Shown: piece by piece, positions 1 to 13,300 of the stretch
How the letters are laid out: each line of letters begins with the position of its first letter
Position numbering within the stretch: position 1 is the first letter of the stretch
Source of the DNA: Amoebophrya sp. A120
Taxonomy: Eukaryota; Protista; Dinoflagellata
Reading direction: 5' to 3'
NCBI GenBank assembly: GCA_905178155.1
Contig: CAJINV010000004.1
Coordinates: 11,267,655 to 11,331,654, forward strand
DNA length: 64,000 nt
Program-made: the position numbers and the translations under genes
The notes under the pieces: generated by a model
The model's input: only the letters and a program-made list of their open reading frames with translations
What the model was told of the DNA's origin: nothing
The model's database searches: none

Positions 1-97
1 GATTCCTTGCATGTCCAGTGTGACGTCGAGCGCAAGTGTTCCGTTTACGAAAGCATGTGAGCACACGCACAACAGCAGCGGCACACGTACGGATGTG

Positions 98-3000
98 TCA
101 AAACAATATCCCTTCAAAAACGTCAGTCCAGGTGGCAACTCCGGACGAAGAAGTTTTCTTCCACACCGTGCCCCCGACAACGCAGACTGTAAGCAAGAGG
201 AAAAACAGAACCGCCCCTGCTAGAATATCGATACAGAAAATTGCTTGCGGCAGGATGAGAGAGCTGAAACGCACAGACGGCAACTTCGCCGGTAGTTTTG
301 TATGTCCGAAGAATAGCGTAGGCCCTCACATGAGCGTGTATCAGTAGCTCTGTAGCGCTTCAGAGGAGTCGAATCGTGCTGACATCTGCTGCTTCTGCAG
401 AAGCAAATGTCAGCGTAATTCGTATGCAAACATAGCGCATTCATCCACTGTGCTAGCAATTATCCGCAGGATATTTGAGCTCCTGTGCCGAAAAGAGGTC
501 GCGGTCAATCTGATCATCCTCATCGTCCTCTGCAGCACTCGTGGAGCCGGAGGACCGGGCGTCAGTATCTCTTCTTCTCTTCCTTGCGGCTGTTGTTGAT
601 ATGGTATGTTCATGTTGGTTTTTACCTTCGAACCCCCAGCACCTTGTGGTCGCCATCTCCTCTACTATCACCACCTTGTCCCCTGCTTGTAGTCTCAAGT
701 CCGTGCAGGCGACCTTGAATGCGCATTTTCGCAAAGCCTCCACGGTCGGTATGACCCGACTGAGAATCCCTGCCGCGCCGGGAAACACCGGAAGCTCTTC
801 CACGTTCTGCAAGGTGAGGAAATCGACGCAGTCCTTGTTCTCTGTGCTGTCGAAGTCGATGTTATTTGTCGTCCCGTTTCGCCCATTTTTCTGCATCCCC
901 CTCCAAGACACTGTAGTTTGCTCACACGAACCGGCGAGCACACGCAAGTCCAGAACTTTTTTCCTTTGTGGTATGATCTTATTGTTTTTCGTGCCCCCGC
1001 CACCGCCGGCCGAAGCTCCAGCAGAGGAGGAGAACGCAGTTGTCTTCACGGTTTGAACCCCTCCTTCGAACCCACAGGGAGAGGAAATGACGCTGGGAAA
1101 GTCGAAGAGGACAAAGACCAAAACGACCACGAAGGGCACGTAGAGAAAGCACAACACCGGGTACAGCACCGCGCCGGTGTGCTCGTAATCGGCAACGACT
1201 TTCCGGAGAAATTCCGGGACGTCTACACCGAGCAAATCCGGCACGGCAGTCTTGAGGATTACCTCGACCAAGTCGTCGGGTAGCATTTTCCCCACCTTCG
1301 GATTCGCCCGGGCGGAGCTTGTCGCGGTGTAGTAGCTTGGGAAGAGAAAACCATCCCTGATCTCCGCAAATCTGGGCACGTAGACCTCTCTTCTTTCCTC
1401 GGCGTCGACAGTCACGAGAAACACGTGGAAAGCGAGGAAGGAAAGAATCAGAAGTTGGCTGAACAGGTGTCTGCATCGCTGCAACGCCGTCCTTCGTGTG
1501 CTGCAAACCGAGAACCGCAGCGGCACCACCAAGATCAGTGGCGGAACCATTATCGCCGTGAAAAAGACCCCGAGCGCGTAGCAATACACCGTTAGAGCGC
1601 CGAGTAGCAGCGCGAAGGCGAGCACGCTCGCGCACTGCAACTCCTGGCCGCCGAAGCCCTTCTGCTGAATCTGCAGGGCGGTGAGAACGCGGCGGACGCA
1701 GTATCAGGATGCAAGGTGCCCGATGCCCTAAATAGATGAGGAAGTACAAGTATTTGCATGACAAAACGTGATCCAAGAAGAAAAGCGTCGGACTCGTTAT
1801 AATTTTCGTAGTGGTCTAGTCTGTATTTCTATTGTCGAAGACTTGGAAGTTTTACAATGAAGACATTTCAAAAATTCAGGACGAGGCGAGGCGCTTTATT
1901 TTTGCCGTTTGATACGCAAAGGAGCCACACGAAGTAAAGGAGTTTCAGCTGGCCGGACCGGAGATCGAAGAGACTTTCGTCGAAATTTTTCGCCGCGCCG
2001 CTAGTTCTTTCGACAAAGTCCGACAGCAACGAGAACCCGGTCGACTTTCTCCACGCCCCAGAAACCGCTTCCATGTGGCCGTCCGAGAAAAGAAGAAAAA
2101 CGGGCATTCCACTACACACCGCGATCGCGACGAGCTGGAACAGCCCATGGATCACCCCGCGGAAGTCCCGCCGGAACGGCACGTGGTCGGGGATGACCAG
2201 GAGGAGCAGGACCATGCCCGCAATGATGGCAAACACGGGGTAGTAGTAGAGCCCGGAGCTGACGTGGGATCGCAAAGTCGTCATGACGTAGGTGTTGAAG
2301 GAGTGGTGGAGCTGCTGCAGCACATTGCTGTAGTCCCGAAGCAACCCTTCGGTCGCCCCAGCTAGAAGTTGCAGAGACGGCGTGGCCTGGATTTCCAGTT
2401 TAGATATAGCATCAGCGCCGTCTGGGAAGGAAGTTCTACTTGTTGTGGATAGTTGTACCTCAGTGGTAAACAGCACGAACTTTTCATCGCCCCCCCGAGC
2501 CCCAGATTCTGGAGTTGTGACAGATGGAGCACCATTATTTGCATTTTCGTTTTTCGACGGTGCTGGAAAGGAGCGCGACTCAGTACTAAAGGAGGACCGC
2601 ACACCAGAGGGTGCGGACAGCGCCCTGACCGTGAACGCGGGGATCTGGTATGCCAAAAACCAGGAGTGCCCGGACTGGGTGCCGCCGTTCTGGGGCCCGA
2701 GATACAACAGGCTTTCCCAGGCGGAGCGCAGGCGAAACAGGTTGCCGCCGTAGCTGTAGCGCCGCGCCATCTCGACTTCGCGCAGGAAGGCGTTCACGAT
2801 ATCTTGGTTCGGCAGGAACCCGTTCACTATCAAATGTAAAAATGTCTGGGTCTGGAAGATTCTGAGATTTGTCATGCATGTTTTGCATGACCCAGGATGT
2901 CTGTAATGCACGACCGCGCATCACAGATTTTGAGAGGGCTTCCTGATGCCTACTCCGCATGACAAACGCCCTCCCCGCGCAGCACAAACTAGACTCCTCT

Positions 3001-4704
3001 TGCTGGTCATGCAATACAGATTTTGCTAGAGTCCAAAGTTAGCATGACAAGTTGCAATCTTCCAGACCCAGACATTTTTACATTTGATATTCACGCCCTC
3101 GATGTCCACCAGAAACTCCGCACAGGACACGTATTCAAGAAAAGAACACCATCACAATCACTTTTGCACATTTTTGCAATACAAAAATTTTTGTCATGCG
3201 CAAAAATGCATCACAGTCAAGAGTTATAGGCGATTCCCCTTTGTGTTTTTGCAATACAAGGAAAATTTGCCATGGGAGACAGATTTCTGATGCGAAACCT
3301 CCTAAATGTGATTGTGATGGTGTTTTTTTCTTGGATAACACGGTGAATGATTGCACTCCCAGCTGCTGGGTCATGGTTTCTCCTGCTCCGTGCTCATCTT
3401 CAAATGACGTAGGAGAAGAGGAAGGTGCAGCCGCAATTCTGTCACTCACGATAGTACTAGGTGAAGTAGTTGCACTTCTCTCGACCCGCACCGTGGCACC
3501 GTCCAAGTTTAAAATCACGGCCTGCCGCAGCAGCTGTCCGCCTGTCGGGAACACGCCGGCATTTTTGGCAGAAGCAGCGGACGACGACCGCCCGCTTTGC
3601 TCGTAGTAGGTTTCCAAGAACCTTTTCGCCGCCCTCCCGTGCGGGACGCTGCTGTCCAAGAACGCCACCACGCAGTCGCGGGCGAGCCACGGCGCGGTCT
3701 GCAGAAACCTCGCGATTTGGGTGCCGAACGCGAGCAAACCGGCGTTGACAGCGACGTCCTCAGCGAAGTTCATCTCGAACACGACCGCAATCCGCTCCCG
3801 ACCATCCCCGCGGGGCGAGTTGGCGATGGCGTACATTCCCAACACGCATGCACCCGCCGGGCTCTGCGACTCATCAGCTGTAGTTCTACTTGCAGATGAT
3901 GTTCCACCACCAGCGCAGCCAGTGTGTGTTGAAATTCTTGTTTTCTCGCTCTGTTCTTCTAACACCAGCTCCGTTTGCGTGCCGAGCTTCCGCAACTGTC
4001 GTGCCAGGTGGATGAGCAAGAGGTTCCTCTTCGCGCTTCTCTTTGCTCTCTTTTGAAGATTGGCGTCGAAAAGATCACTATGCACTTCTTTCTGGCCATG
4101 GTTAGAAACGGGCGCTCCTTCTCGAAGTAGTAGATCACCAGCAGTGGATAGTTCTGGTGGAGTATGAACATCCAACGACACGACTGTTTCTGGTTCGATG
4201 GTGAAGGTGGGCCGGTGGAAGCCGGGGATCGACTATGCTGTGCAAAAATATCTTCGTGCTGGTCGTACTAAAAATTGCAGTGCAGCAAATAAGTTGGAAC
4301 TAGAACCCTAAATCCCTAAAACTCTGAAACCCATCGTCGCTGCGATCCGGGCCGGTAGGCGGGAAGAAGATGTTACGTCGCCGGAGCCGTGGGTGGTCGG
4401 AACAGTATAAGACCTGGGCTCGTACTCGTACTATCTAATAAATTCAGCATTACAGATCCAATTTCCTCTCAAATTTTCCTTTTGCAAAACCATTCAGGCC
4501 TTTGGCTTTTTGCACATGCAATTTCCAGTACTGGTACGATAATTTTGCAATGCATATCAGACCGTGTTCCTCGATCTCCGTCGGGCGATCAAAGGCGTGA
4601 AAAATAGCAAGCGACACGTACCCAACCAGAACGATGACAACCGCAAGCGCGCGGAGGTACGGAGAACAGACGTAGCGTGCAAGCAGGTCGCGAACTTTTG
4701 ACAT
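98..4704 (-). CDS. GAA1: GPI transamidase component Gaa1/GPAA1, multi-exon; 3' end probably beyond the window's left edge
   Basis: Joining exons across introners gives an N-terminal TM, then TEIEEHGL-IPG (cf. ISENALLPG), YAIANSPRGDGRERI, APWLARDCV, and EFLVDIEGVNGFLPNQDIVN (cf. EGLNGQLPNLDL), followed by several C-terminal TM helices. Approximate exons: 4704-4557, 4233-3338, 3131-3090, 2827-1915, 1701-474, 225-109. Confidence 0.9.
226..473. mobile_element. Aged introner (degenerate TIR/TSD) in Gaa1
   Basis: TAT...ATA ends with partial inverted similarity (tatc..aattgct.gc). Removing the element plus 5 bp gives the in-frame join QELK-AGAVLFF. Confidence 0.5.
1702..1914. mobile_element. Aged introner in Gaa1
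   Basis: TATCA...TGATA ends, flanks cgcag/cgcaa, internal gcatgacaa. Removal gives in-frame WLLC-VRRVLTAL. Confidence 0.7.
2828..3089. mobile_element. Introner family A copy A1 (TIR TATCAAATGTAAAAATGTCTGGGTCTGGAAGA)
   Basis: Perfect TIR of more than 30 bp, TSD ttcac. Interrupts the Gaa1 EGV|NGFLPN motif. Confidence 0.95.
3132..3337. mobile_element. Introner family B copy B1 (TIR TATYCAAGAAAA...)
   Basis: About 30-bp TIR, TSD acacg. Removal gives QSFTV-SCAEFLVD. Confidence 0.9.
4234..4556. mobile_element. Introner (TIR TATGC..TGCAAAA.TATC) forming Gaa1 intron 1
   Basis: About 19-bp imperfect TIR, diverged TSD tcgac/tcaga. Removal restores EEHGL-IPG. Confidence 0.8.
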
Positions 4705-5592
4705 TTTATTTTGTGGTAGCGGTAATAAATAAGTCGGAACAATTTTGAACTACTTCTCTACTAGTGCGATAATGTCGCTAATCTTGCTTGTAATATCCAC
4801 GGCGGTGTGGGAATATGCTTCGGTCGTTCTCCTCGCCATAGATATCCACCTGAAAGATCATCGCCCTCTTTTTTTCTGTAAAAACAAAAGCAAAATCCTC
4901 GCCCCCCAACGTTTGTTTTTCCAGAGATAGGCAGAACGCACCACGTATCTGTTCTTATACCTCCGGAAAGTGTAATTTCGGCCAGGACCATGCGCCACAC
5001 GACCGAATCAATTAGAAAGTAAGTACAGAAGAAACACCTTGATGTTTTTCATACATCCGAAAACGTGAACGATGATCGGGTCGAAGACATCGATGGATGA
5101 AAAGCAACACGACCGCATCGTCCTACTGGATAGTATCTAAGACGAACCAACGCTATTCTACTTCATACCCTATCTGATCCAAACTACTGCGGCGCAACAC
5201 GATCATGACTGGGCTCTATGAGAATTCTAATGTGTTCTTGAACGCCGACCAAAATTAGAACGCAGCTTCATACTGAAATCCGTGCCACGCACAAAATTGT
5301 CTGCTTTATGCGCAAACAGCGGAAGGGCGAGCTGTGGCCTCCTGCACGCTTCGAGCCGGCCCTTCACGGTTATTGTGTGAAAAAAAGAACTCTGCGCGGG
5401 AAAGCTCTATGAGAGCAAGAACTGTAACTTAGATTGTCCGCCTGAAGATCCATATGAAATATATCATCTGACCGACCAAGTCGGTGACTCCCTATACAAA
5501 AAGAGAGTTGTCGAGCTAGCGAGCTGTGCTTTGGCTTTTTTCGGTTCTCTTCACTCTCACACCTCCCAAAGAACTAGACGACCAATTCACAG

Positions 5593-8500
5593 TCATTCTT
5601 TGCCATTCGCCGCGGCCTGCTCCTCCTCGGCTAGCAAATCTCGGATTTGCGGTCCGCCACGCACCGCCGTCCCAGCGCCGTTGCCCGCACTCGTGCCCGT
5701 GGATTTACTCCTTGCTGCGGCAGCATCTTTCGCAGGGTCCACTGGTTGCGCTTCCCCAACAGTCGCCTCTTGCCCGCTGGCTTGCGCTTCGGTCCAGAAG
5801 GAGTCAATGCTGTGCAATGACTCCGAAACTACATCCACGGCGAGCACGACTGGACACACGTCCGGCTGGATCGGCAGCGTGTTCGTTCGCGCGACTTCTT
5901 CCTGCTGCGCCTTATCCAGCCCGTAGGCGAAGTTCTGGCCCTTCTTCTCAAAACCAAGGAGCAACAGAATTTCGGAGGCCGCGATCTTGTTGCCCAATCG
6001 CTCCTTGAACCGGCTGGAGGCCGTGTTCACCTGTTGTTTTTTCAACTTTTTTTTGCGAAAAGGAAAATAAATCACTCGTTCACAACAACGCAACAATCGT
6101 GAATTCTTGGTGTTGGTCTGCGAGGTGGACGGTGTATAAAATAAGTACCACCCTTTCAAGAAAACTGCGAGATCTTTCTCTTTTTCAGAGACTACAGGTT
6201 CAGGTAGCGAAATCTTTTCCACATAGTACCTTTCTGTATTTGTCCTGCCCCGGGTGTTTCCGCAGGTTCTCCATCACTAGATACAGTATGCACTGGTAAT
6301 GTAGTACAACTCGCCGCAAACGTACAAGCGCAATTACGAATGACGTCGACTACGCATGACCACAACACTCCTGATCTACATCTACCAACCTTTATGTTAG
6401 TTTATTTTTCATTTAGATCTCATGACCTAGGTCGTAGGCTCCGGAATTTGCAAAATGCAAGTTCGTCCGTTTGTACGTGAACGGCAAGGGTAATTGAATT
6501 CTGAGTTTGTATTGCATAGACAGCATGTTGAGCGTCTTCGAGGCGTCCTGCTTGGTTTCGCAGGCTTTCACCAGCTTCAGGAGCAGCCGCTTCATCTCCC
6601 CCTTCCACTTTGTGATATCCTCCGCTGGTAGGTCCAGTCCGGGTTTACTGCTGGTTGCTGGCGCCGCACTTTCTTCACTCGTCTTCCCATCCTTTTCGTT
6701 GCCGGACCCCGGTGTTGCAATCGAGGTGGTTTTCACTGCCGCCGGTGTGCTTGTGCTGCTGCTCGACGCGGGCTGCTGTTCCTTCAGGTGACTAACTGCC
6801 GCGGGCATGGGATCCCAGAAAAAAAAGTGTCTCAGTCCCAAACCTTTGCAGACGTAGCCTGCTCAGCAATAACACAAATTCGCTCAGCATGAAACACCGA
6901 ATCTGTTATGCAGCTTCAGACGCGAACGAAAATCCGTACAAAAGGTAAGTACCCTACACTTCTTGCCTATCAAGCATGAGAAAAATAGCAAAACTGTCTC
7001 GAGGAGTTTCAGTGCTGTAAGTAACCAGTTGAGACTGAGATAGTGTTTTTTCTTGCGGTACGTGGTTGGGTCTCCTGGGGCCTGCTGCGCGACGTCGGTG
7101 GCGTGTGACGGCGTGGCGCTCGGCGTCTGCAAAAATACAGAATTTGTTTTGTTTAGAAAGTACAACAGCCGACTGATGGTAAAGGTAATTCATGCAGATG
7201 ATCCACTTCACTATATCCTTCCACGTTGCAACGCACTAGGACACAAAACACAACAAGCACACTTCTACACACAACCCATACAGAGACGTGTACAAACCCA
7301 AACTATGTTTTGCTCGAATACGTCAAAGCGCTTGGCCATGAGGCTGGCGTTGGTATCCAGCTTTGCTGCTACCACTTCCGCAAGCCGTTCGACGTCCAGC
7401 TTTGCAACGACGGAGTCGGCGATCTTTTCGCTTTGAAGTGGGTCGTCCTTGTTACCAACCTTGCTGCTTGCCGTTGCGGTACTCTGCAGCTGTTGCGTCT
7501 TTTCCATCAATTGCGATGTGTGCAGCGCAAAAGTGAGAGTGACGAAGCGTAGTACAAATTGCACCACGAGTAGTCTTCCCAACAACTCGGAAAAACCCTA
7601 TTGATTGGACATTCTAATACTGAATAGAACAGGGAAAGATAGAGAGATAAGAATTCGCACAACATCATGCAGTCTATGCAATTCTGTTATGGTATGACAA
7701 GTACACGATACTACTTTTGCACAGGATACGACATGGTCTGCATCAATTGCCCATTTTGTCGCGCCAGGTCTTCCTGCAACTCCCTGTTGCTTTGCTTCAA
7801 TTCCTCGACAACTCCCTTCAGCTGGGAAATCTCGTCGGCCTGCTTATCCATCGTCTGTTTGACGAGCAAGCCCGCGCCGCCCTGCTCGAAGTCGGCTCCT
7901 TCGAGGCCGCTCTCCAAGGGGGAGGGGCCTATGAGTTTTGGTTGTTTGACACGAATCGAGCAAAACTAAGGCAGCATTCATCAAAACCATCTTCTGAATC
8001 TAAAAATGGGATGACAATTCATTACATTGGGACCGGCGTCGGAGCCCGAGTGGGACATTGTACACTCAATAAATTTCATGTGGTACCGATCCCGAGTGAG
8101 ACGCCGGTTCGTTCCTGAATCCAGGTTTCGTTTTTCTGGAGCCAGCGGTACGCCAGGGCCCCGATGCTCAACGTATCGCGAGGAAGAAAGCTGCGACCAC
8201 AGCAACGTACTAATGCAATGCCAACACGACAAATGAGAAAAGAAATATCGAATTTCACGCGGACGAAGCCATGCATGATAAGTTTAAGTACGATCTTGTT
8301 TAATAAAGAACTCTAACGCAAGAAAGGCTTTGCTATCGTTGTGCTTGTTTTTTCATTGTTTGGTGGCATGCGAGCTTTTTCCTCTGGTGTAAAATGCGCC
8401 CGAAACTTGGAGAAAAGTGCGGAGGACGCTGGAGTCTGGAGATGCCATTTAGGTATATGCGATGTGATGTTTTTCTCTTGTAGCACCACAGGCGACGGAC

Positions 8501-9496
8501 AATGAAATTAGAATCTTCGTATATTCGTCTCTACACTGAGCCCCTGAGTCTGACTTTTTTCATCTCACCCGCAAAACAATCCATCTTACCATCGTTGTCC
8601 TGGTACAGATACGCAGGCGGAGGGTACACGACTTTCGGATTCGAACTAGAACTGGCCGACGCGCCCCCCGGCGCGGTCGGGGCCCCCGCTGCCCCCGTCC
8701 AGGTGCCTACCCTGCCGAGGGCCTCCGTGATCTCCTCTTCGGTGAGACCCTTCTGCAGGAGAAAGGTGCGTTTTTGGCTCTCCGACGCGGTCTTGCGGAC
8801 AGTGTCATGATTGAGGAAAGTTAGCGCCTGCTTGACCATATCCTCCCGCACCGGAAGTTTGGCTTGCGCATTTGGTGCCGTTCCCGGTGCCATGCCGGGC
8901 TGTTGCTGCATGTACGGATTGTTCGCGTCGCTGGCTCCGGAACCGCCCACACCGCCATTCTGCATCACGCCACTGTGTCAATTTTTCGGGAGTGTTCTTG
9001 TGTACGAAAAATCGAAACGAAGTAGACAGACTAAACGTAAACCTATGAATGGAGAGCAACTTATGTTAATTATGCACTCACTGTACAGTTTGACTTGTTT
9101 GACCTCCAAATCATTGTCATCACAGTAAATGAAATAAAGGGTTCTAAAGGCGACGACGACAGCGACTCGGCAAAAAATACAAAATCAAAAGCTTGAAAAT
9201 CTTTCTTCGCACCTGTTCCCGGCAATGCCGTATGGGTTTCCGCCGTATCCGTACATTGTTGGCGCAGGTGGTGCACCTCCGCCACCGCGCTGCGGCTGCG
9301 CTGCTCCGGGAGCCGCCCCTTCCGGATTATAGTTACTATCCGTCGGAGCAGCTGGGCTTTGTTGCGATGTTGACGTCGAGGAGGCGCTACTGGTGCCACC
9401 ACCTGCTGCACTGCCACCCACGCCCGTAGCTCCGTGCTGCGGTGGAACGTCCGGCGGCTTTGCGGGATCGTCGCCACTGCCGCTAGACGAGGACAT
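5593..9496 (-). CDS. PEX14: Peroxin Pex14-like protein: Pex14_N, TM, coiled coil and C-terminal PUB domain; multi-exon
   Basis: REDMVKQALTFLNHDTVRKTASESQKRTFLLQKGLTEEEITEAL matches Pex14_N. TM segment VLRTFLQVSGA-(L/F)SIGALAYRWL. Coiled coil in exons at 7320-7920. TLNML-YLVMENLRKHPGQDKYRK-VNTASSRFKERLG...LLLLGF is PUB-like. Confidence 0.85.
6287..6518. mobile_element. Aged introner in the PUB-coding region
   Basis: TATGCA...TGCATA ends, TSD tacag/gacag, in-frame join NML-(Y/S)LVMEN. Confidence 0.7.
6811..7060. mobile_element. Aged introner in Pex14
   Basis: Inverted ends gatcccagaaaaaaaagtgtctcagtc versus (reverse complement) taccgcaagaaaaaacactatctcagtc. TSD catgg/cgtgg. In-frame DPTT-PAAV. 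Confidence 0.65.
7519..7728. mobile_element. Aged introner in Pex14
   Basis: Ends tgtgcagcgcaaaagt versus (rc) tatcctgtgcaaaagt. Flanks cgatg/cgaca. In-frame QTMS-QLMEK. Confidence 0.6.
8174..8391. mobile_element. Aged introner in the Pex14 TM-coding region
   Basis: Ends tatcgcgaggaagaaagc versus (rc) tacaccagaggaaaaagc. Flanks caacg/aaatg. In-frame join across the TM helix. Confidence 0.55.
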
Positions 9497-10324
9497 CTAC
9501 GTAAAAATGCTGCGGAATGTTGAAACGTCGTCCATAGCGAACATGCATCGAAGCAACAGTTTTGCCGATGTAGAAAGAACAAACCCAGCGGCCTCCTGCA
9601 GTAGCGCTATATTGTTCTGCTGGTGGCACTTCTACTTGTTCCTATTCATATTCAGTACAGAAGGCTGCAACAATCAGATACAGATTTTTGTCCACACTGA
9701 CATTGACATTTCTTTAGTTCTGTCCGACTGAGGAAACGCAAGGCCAAAGCTATCTCCATCAAGAAAGAGCACGCCGTGGTCGTACTAAGTACGACCACGC
9801 ACCGGGTTACGTGACAAAAAAAGTTCGAGTATCCGGATCCGCAGTCGCGCGCCGCTTTTTTTCCGAACAATTCAACGACCTTGTTGCATGTCAGTGTTTC
9901 AGAAAGTAAATATCTGTGCATGTGTTGTATTCATTTTTACACGAGACGGAGAAGATTAGTGCAACAAAGTACGCATCGGGATCTCTGATTGTGCGGACCG
10001 CACTGGGTCACTTCCATGGAACAAATGTGTAGAAGAGCAAGAGGATCATCTCTGGCAGAACGACGAAGAGCGACGTTACTCATTCAGCAGCAAACACAGT
10101 GACGCTTTGGAACCCTCGAAGCGGAGCCGAACACTCGTGACTGTTCCATTTCTGCGAAGAAATGTAGTAACCCGCTGGGCACCAGCAAGTGTGGTAGATT
10201 TATTGGCTTTATCTCAACTTGCCCTCACGTTCACAACACAACCTCGTTTACCTTTAGAGTGACCTCACAGCGAGGAACTTTTAATACCTCGTCTCTGCGA
10301 ACCTTTTCTTCCAGAGAAAAAAAC

Positions 10325-13300
10325 TCACTCTCGATAGCTCCCTCCGGTATCGGCCGTCTTGTCAACGTCCGGGCTCCGGCGCTGCGTCGCTGGAGCCGTT
10401 TCCCCCGTCCCCGAGTTGTTCATCCGGCTGCCCTTGCGCGGTCCTTTCGGGGCCTGCTTGCCCTCCGGTCCAGGGGCGGGCCCCTTGCGTGGCGTCGCAC
10501 CGGGAACCGGCGGGCCTTTGTACCACTGTTTGCCGCCACCTGCAGGGGAAGGGGAGGGAAGATGTTGTGCTGCACCTCCAGTTTGCGCCGTTACTCGCCT
10601 TGTAGTTTCTTCTACTCCTGTTGAAGTTGTCCTCGGTACAAAATCTTCTTCTATTGCAGGAGCTTGCAGCTGCGCACCTTGCTTCCCCAAGCCCCCCGAC
10701 CCGGAAAAAAGCGGCGGACCTTTGAAATAGCCCGTCCAGGCCACGCCAGGCGGAGACTCCCCGGTTGCCCCGAAGCTGCGGTTGTCCGCGTTCTCTACTT
10801 CAGGAACAGCACTTGTCGCATCACCTCCTTTGGGTTTACTTCCGGGGACGGCGGGCGGCGCCGGCTTTTTGGTCGGGGACTTTCCTTTGCCCATCAGTGA
10901 AACAGCTAACTCTGGTTCAAGAGGTGAAGTTGTAGGGGGGACCGATAAAGAACCTCCCTTCGCCGGCACCGGGGGCGCGGCTAGGACGCCCTTCGATGGA
11001 ACAGGGGGAGCGCTGCCCTTCCCAACCTGGCCTGGAGAACCTTTTGTCACAGGTACAGCGGACGAAGCAGGAGCTCCTTTATTTCCTGTCAACGGTACTG
11101 GGGGCACGCCTCCCTTCGGGGACGAGGGTCCAACCGGGGGTGCGGGTGCGGCACCCTTTACCGGGACCGGAACGGGCGGGGCTCCTTTTCCAGGCGCAGG
11201 AGGTACTGCAGGAATCCCTGCTTTCGTAGACGGAACTGCAGGAGCGACACCTTTCGCCGGTGGAACCGCGGGCACGCCTTTCGCTGCTGCTATATCAGGC
11301 ACCCCTTTTGCGGACGGGACTGCAGGCGGAGCGCCTTTGTTCACTGACGGGACCGCAGGCGGTGGAGCGCCTTTGTCTAGAAAAACGGCAGGTGGAGCGC
11401 CGCCCTTCCCCGATGGAACTGCCGGTGGGCCGCCTTTCCCCGCTGGGACTGCGGGAGCGCCTTTCACTGGGGGAACCGCAGGAGCGCCTTTGACTGATGG
11501 AACTGCCGGCGCGCCTTTGACTGAAGGAACTGGAGGTGGAGCGCCCTTCCCCGATGGAACCGGTGGCGGAGCACCCTTCCCCGCTGGAACTGCAGGTGCG
11601 CCCTTCCCAAATGGAACTGCAGGTGGAGCACCCTTCCCCGCTGGAACCGCAGGACCGCCCTTCACTGGCGGAACCGCCGGTGCGCCGTTGACTGAAGGAA
11701 CTGCAGGTGGAGCGCTCTTCCCCGATGGAACTGCAGGTGGAGCGCCCTTCCCCGATGGAACTGCAGGTGGAGCGCCCTTCCCCGATGGAACTGCAGGTGC
11801 AGCGCCCTTCCCCGCTGGAACTGCAGGTGGAGCGCCCTTCCCAAATGGAACTGCAGGTGCACCTTTCCCCGATGGAACTGCGGGCGCGCCTTTCGCTCGT
11901 GACGGAACAGCAGGCGCGCCTTTTCCTGATGGCACTGCGGGTGCGCCTTTTCCCGATGGAACTACTGGAGCGCCTTTCCCCGATGGAACTGCAGGCGCGC
12001 CCTTTCCAGATGGAACCGCAGGAGCGCCTCCTTTCCCCGCGGGTGCTCCCTTTCCGGCGGGCACCGCAGCTCCCTTCCCGGCCGGCTTACCTGGCCCGTC
12101 CAGCGCAAGACTGAGCGCCGCCGCCTTCGCCTTCTCCTGCTCCACCGTGTAGCCAAACTCGTATTCGGAGTCCCGGCCCGGCCGCCGCGCCGGCGCGCCC
12201 CTCTCTGCCGCCAGCCGCAGCTCGCGCCCGGCCTCCGCGGCCTGCCGCACCTGGTCGATTACGTCCATGGCCGGCGCCACGTAGAAAAAGTCCAGCGCCG
12301 GCGACCGCCCGTCGGCACTTAGCAGCTCCAGCAGGGAGCTGTGCCGCTCCTGCACGCGCTTCAAGCGGCGATGATACGAGGGGGAGGCAGGTGGGTGTTC
12401 TTCAACACCCCGTCGGGCCGCGGGCTTATCTTCTTTACTTTGCTCCTGTTGTATTCCTCCGTCGCGGGAAACGGACACCAGACCCTCCTCGAAGTCAAAT
12501 TTTCCAGCCAAGATACGCCCCATTGCGGATGACTCGGTAAAATATTTCCGTCCGGGCACGACCACGTCGACATCGACGGAACCAACGGCGCCCAGAGCAG
12601 CTTCGCTAGTAGTTCCACCAACGCTTCGTGGCTCGGATTTGGAGCGCGTGAAGCTTTTTCCCGGTCGTGGTCCACGTCGTGCGCCGGCTTGCTCATGAAG
12701 GGCGTGGTCCAGAGCTTGATGCAGCTGCACATTCTCCACTTTATTCTTGTCTCCGAGTTCTAGTGTTTCCCCGCGCGCAGCAAGAACAGGCCGTGCAACA
12801 CTCTCCACTGTCGTAGGAGAACTCCAACTATCTGGAGTTTTACTATCGCCTGCGCCTATGAAGTTTTGTCGCCGCTCCCGCACGCTCAAAGCCCGCGGTT
12901 GCGGGAGCGCGCGCTGGAACCGGGACAGGTCTACAACCGTCGTAGATCCACTTGTGCCAAGATCCTCGACCGGGCGGCGTGCAAGTATTTCAAGTGGCCG
13001 CGGTAGCTGCTGTACATCGAGATCATCTTCGTCGTCATCTTGATCTTGCTCTTTCCCTCCTCTAGAAGTACTCTCTTGCAGTTGTCCTCTCGTGCTTGCG
13101 CCGCAGGCTCCTTGCGTCGTTGAGCCTCCGCCCGGTCGCTGCAGCACACTCCGGTCCCCCCGGTCGGCGGTGAGGTCGAGCGAAAACATAGGTGGCTCCG
13201 CGGGCGATGAATCGGAGGGATCTAGCCTCTGGAGCGAAAAGAACTCCGACCGCCGCTGGTTTAGTTCTAGCTGGAACTCTTGCACCATTCGTTCCAGTCT

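Noticed and set aside
2586-3014. Short ORFs sharing LPDPDIFTFD / FQTQTFLHLI / CKNVWVWK (also at 38615, 45484, 49606, 55521)
   Set aside because: These are translations of the family A TIR in different frames, not a protein family.
10782-12152. 456-aa + strand ORF and similar + strand ORFs elsewhere
   Set aside because: Antisense shadows of GC-rich or repetitive minus-strand coding sequence.
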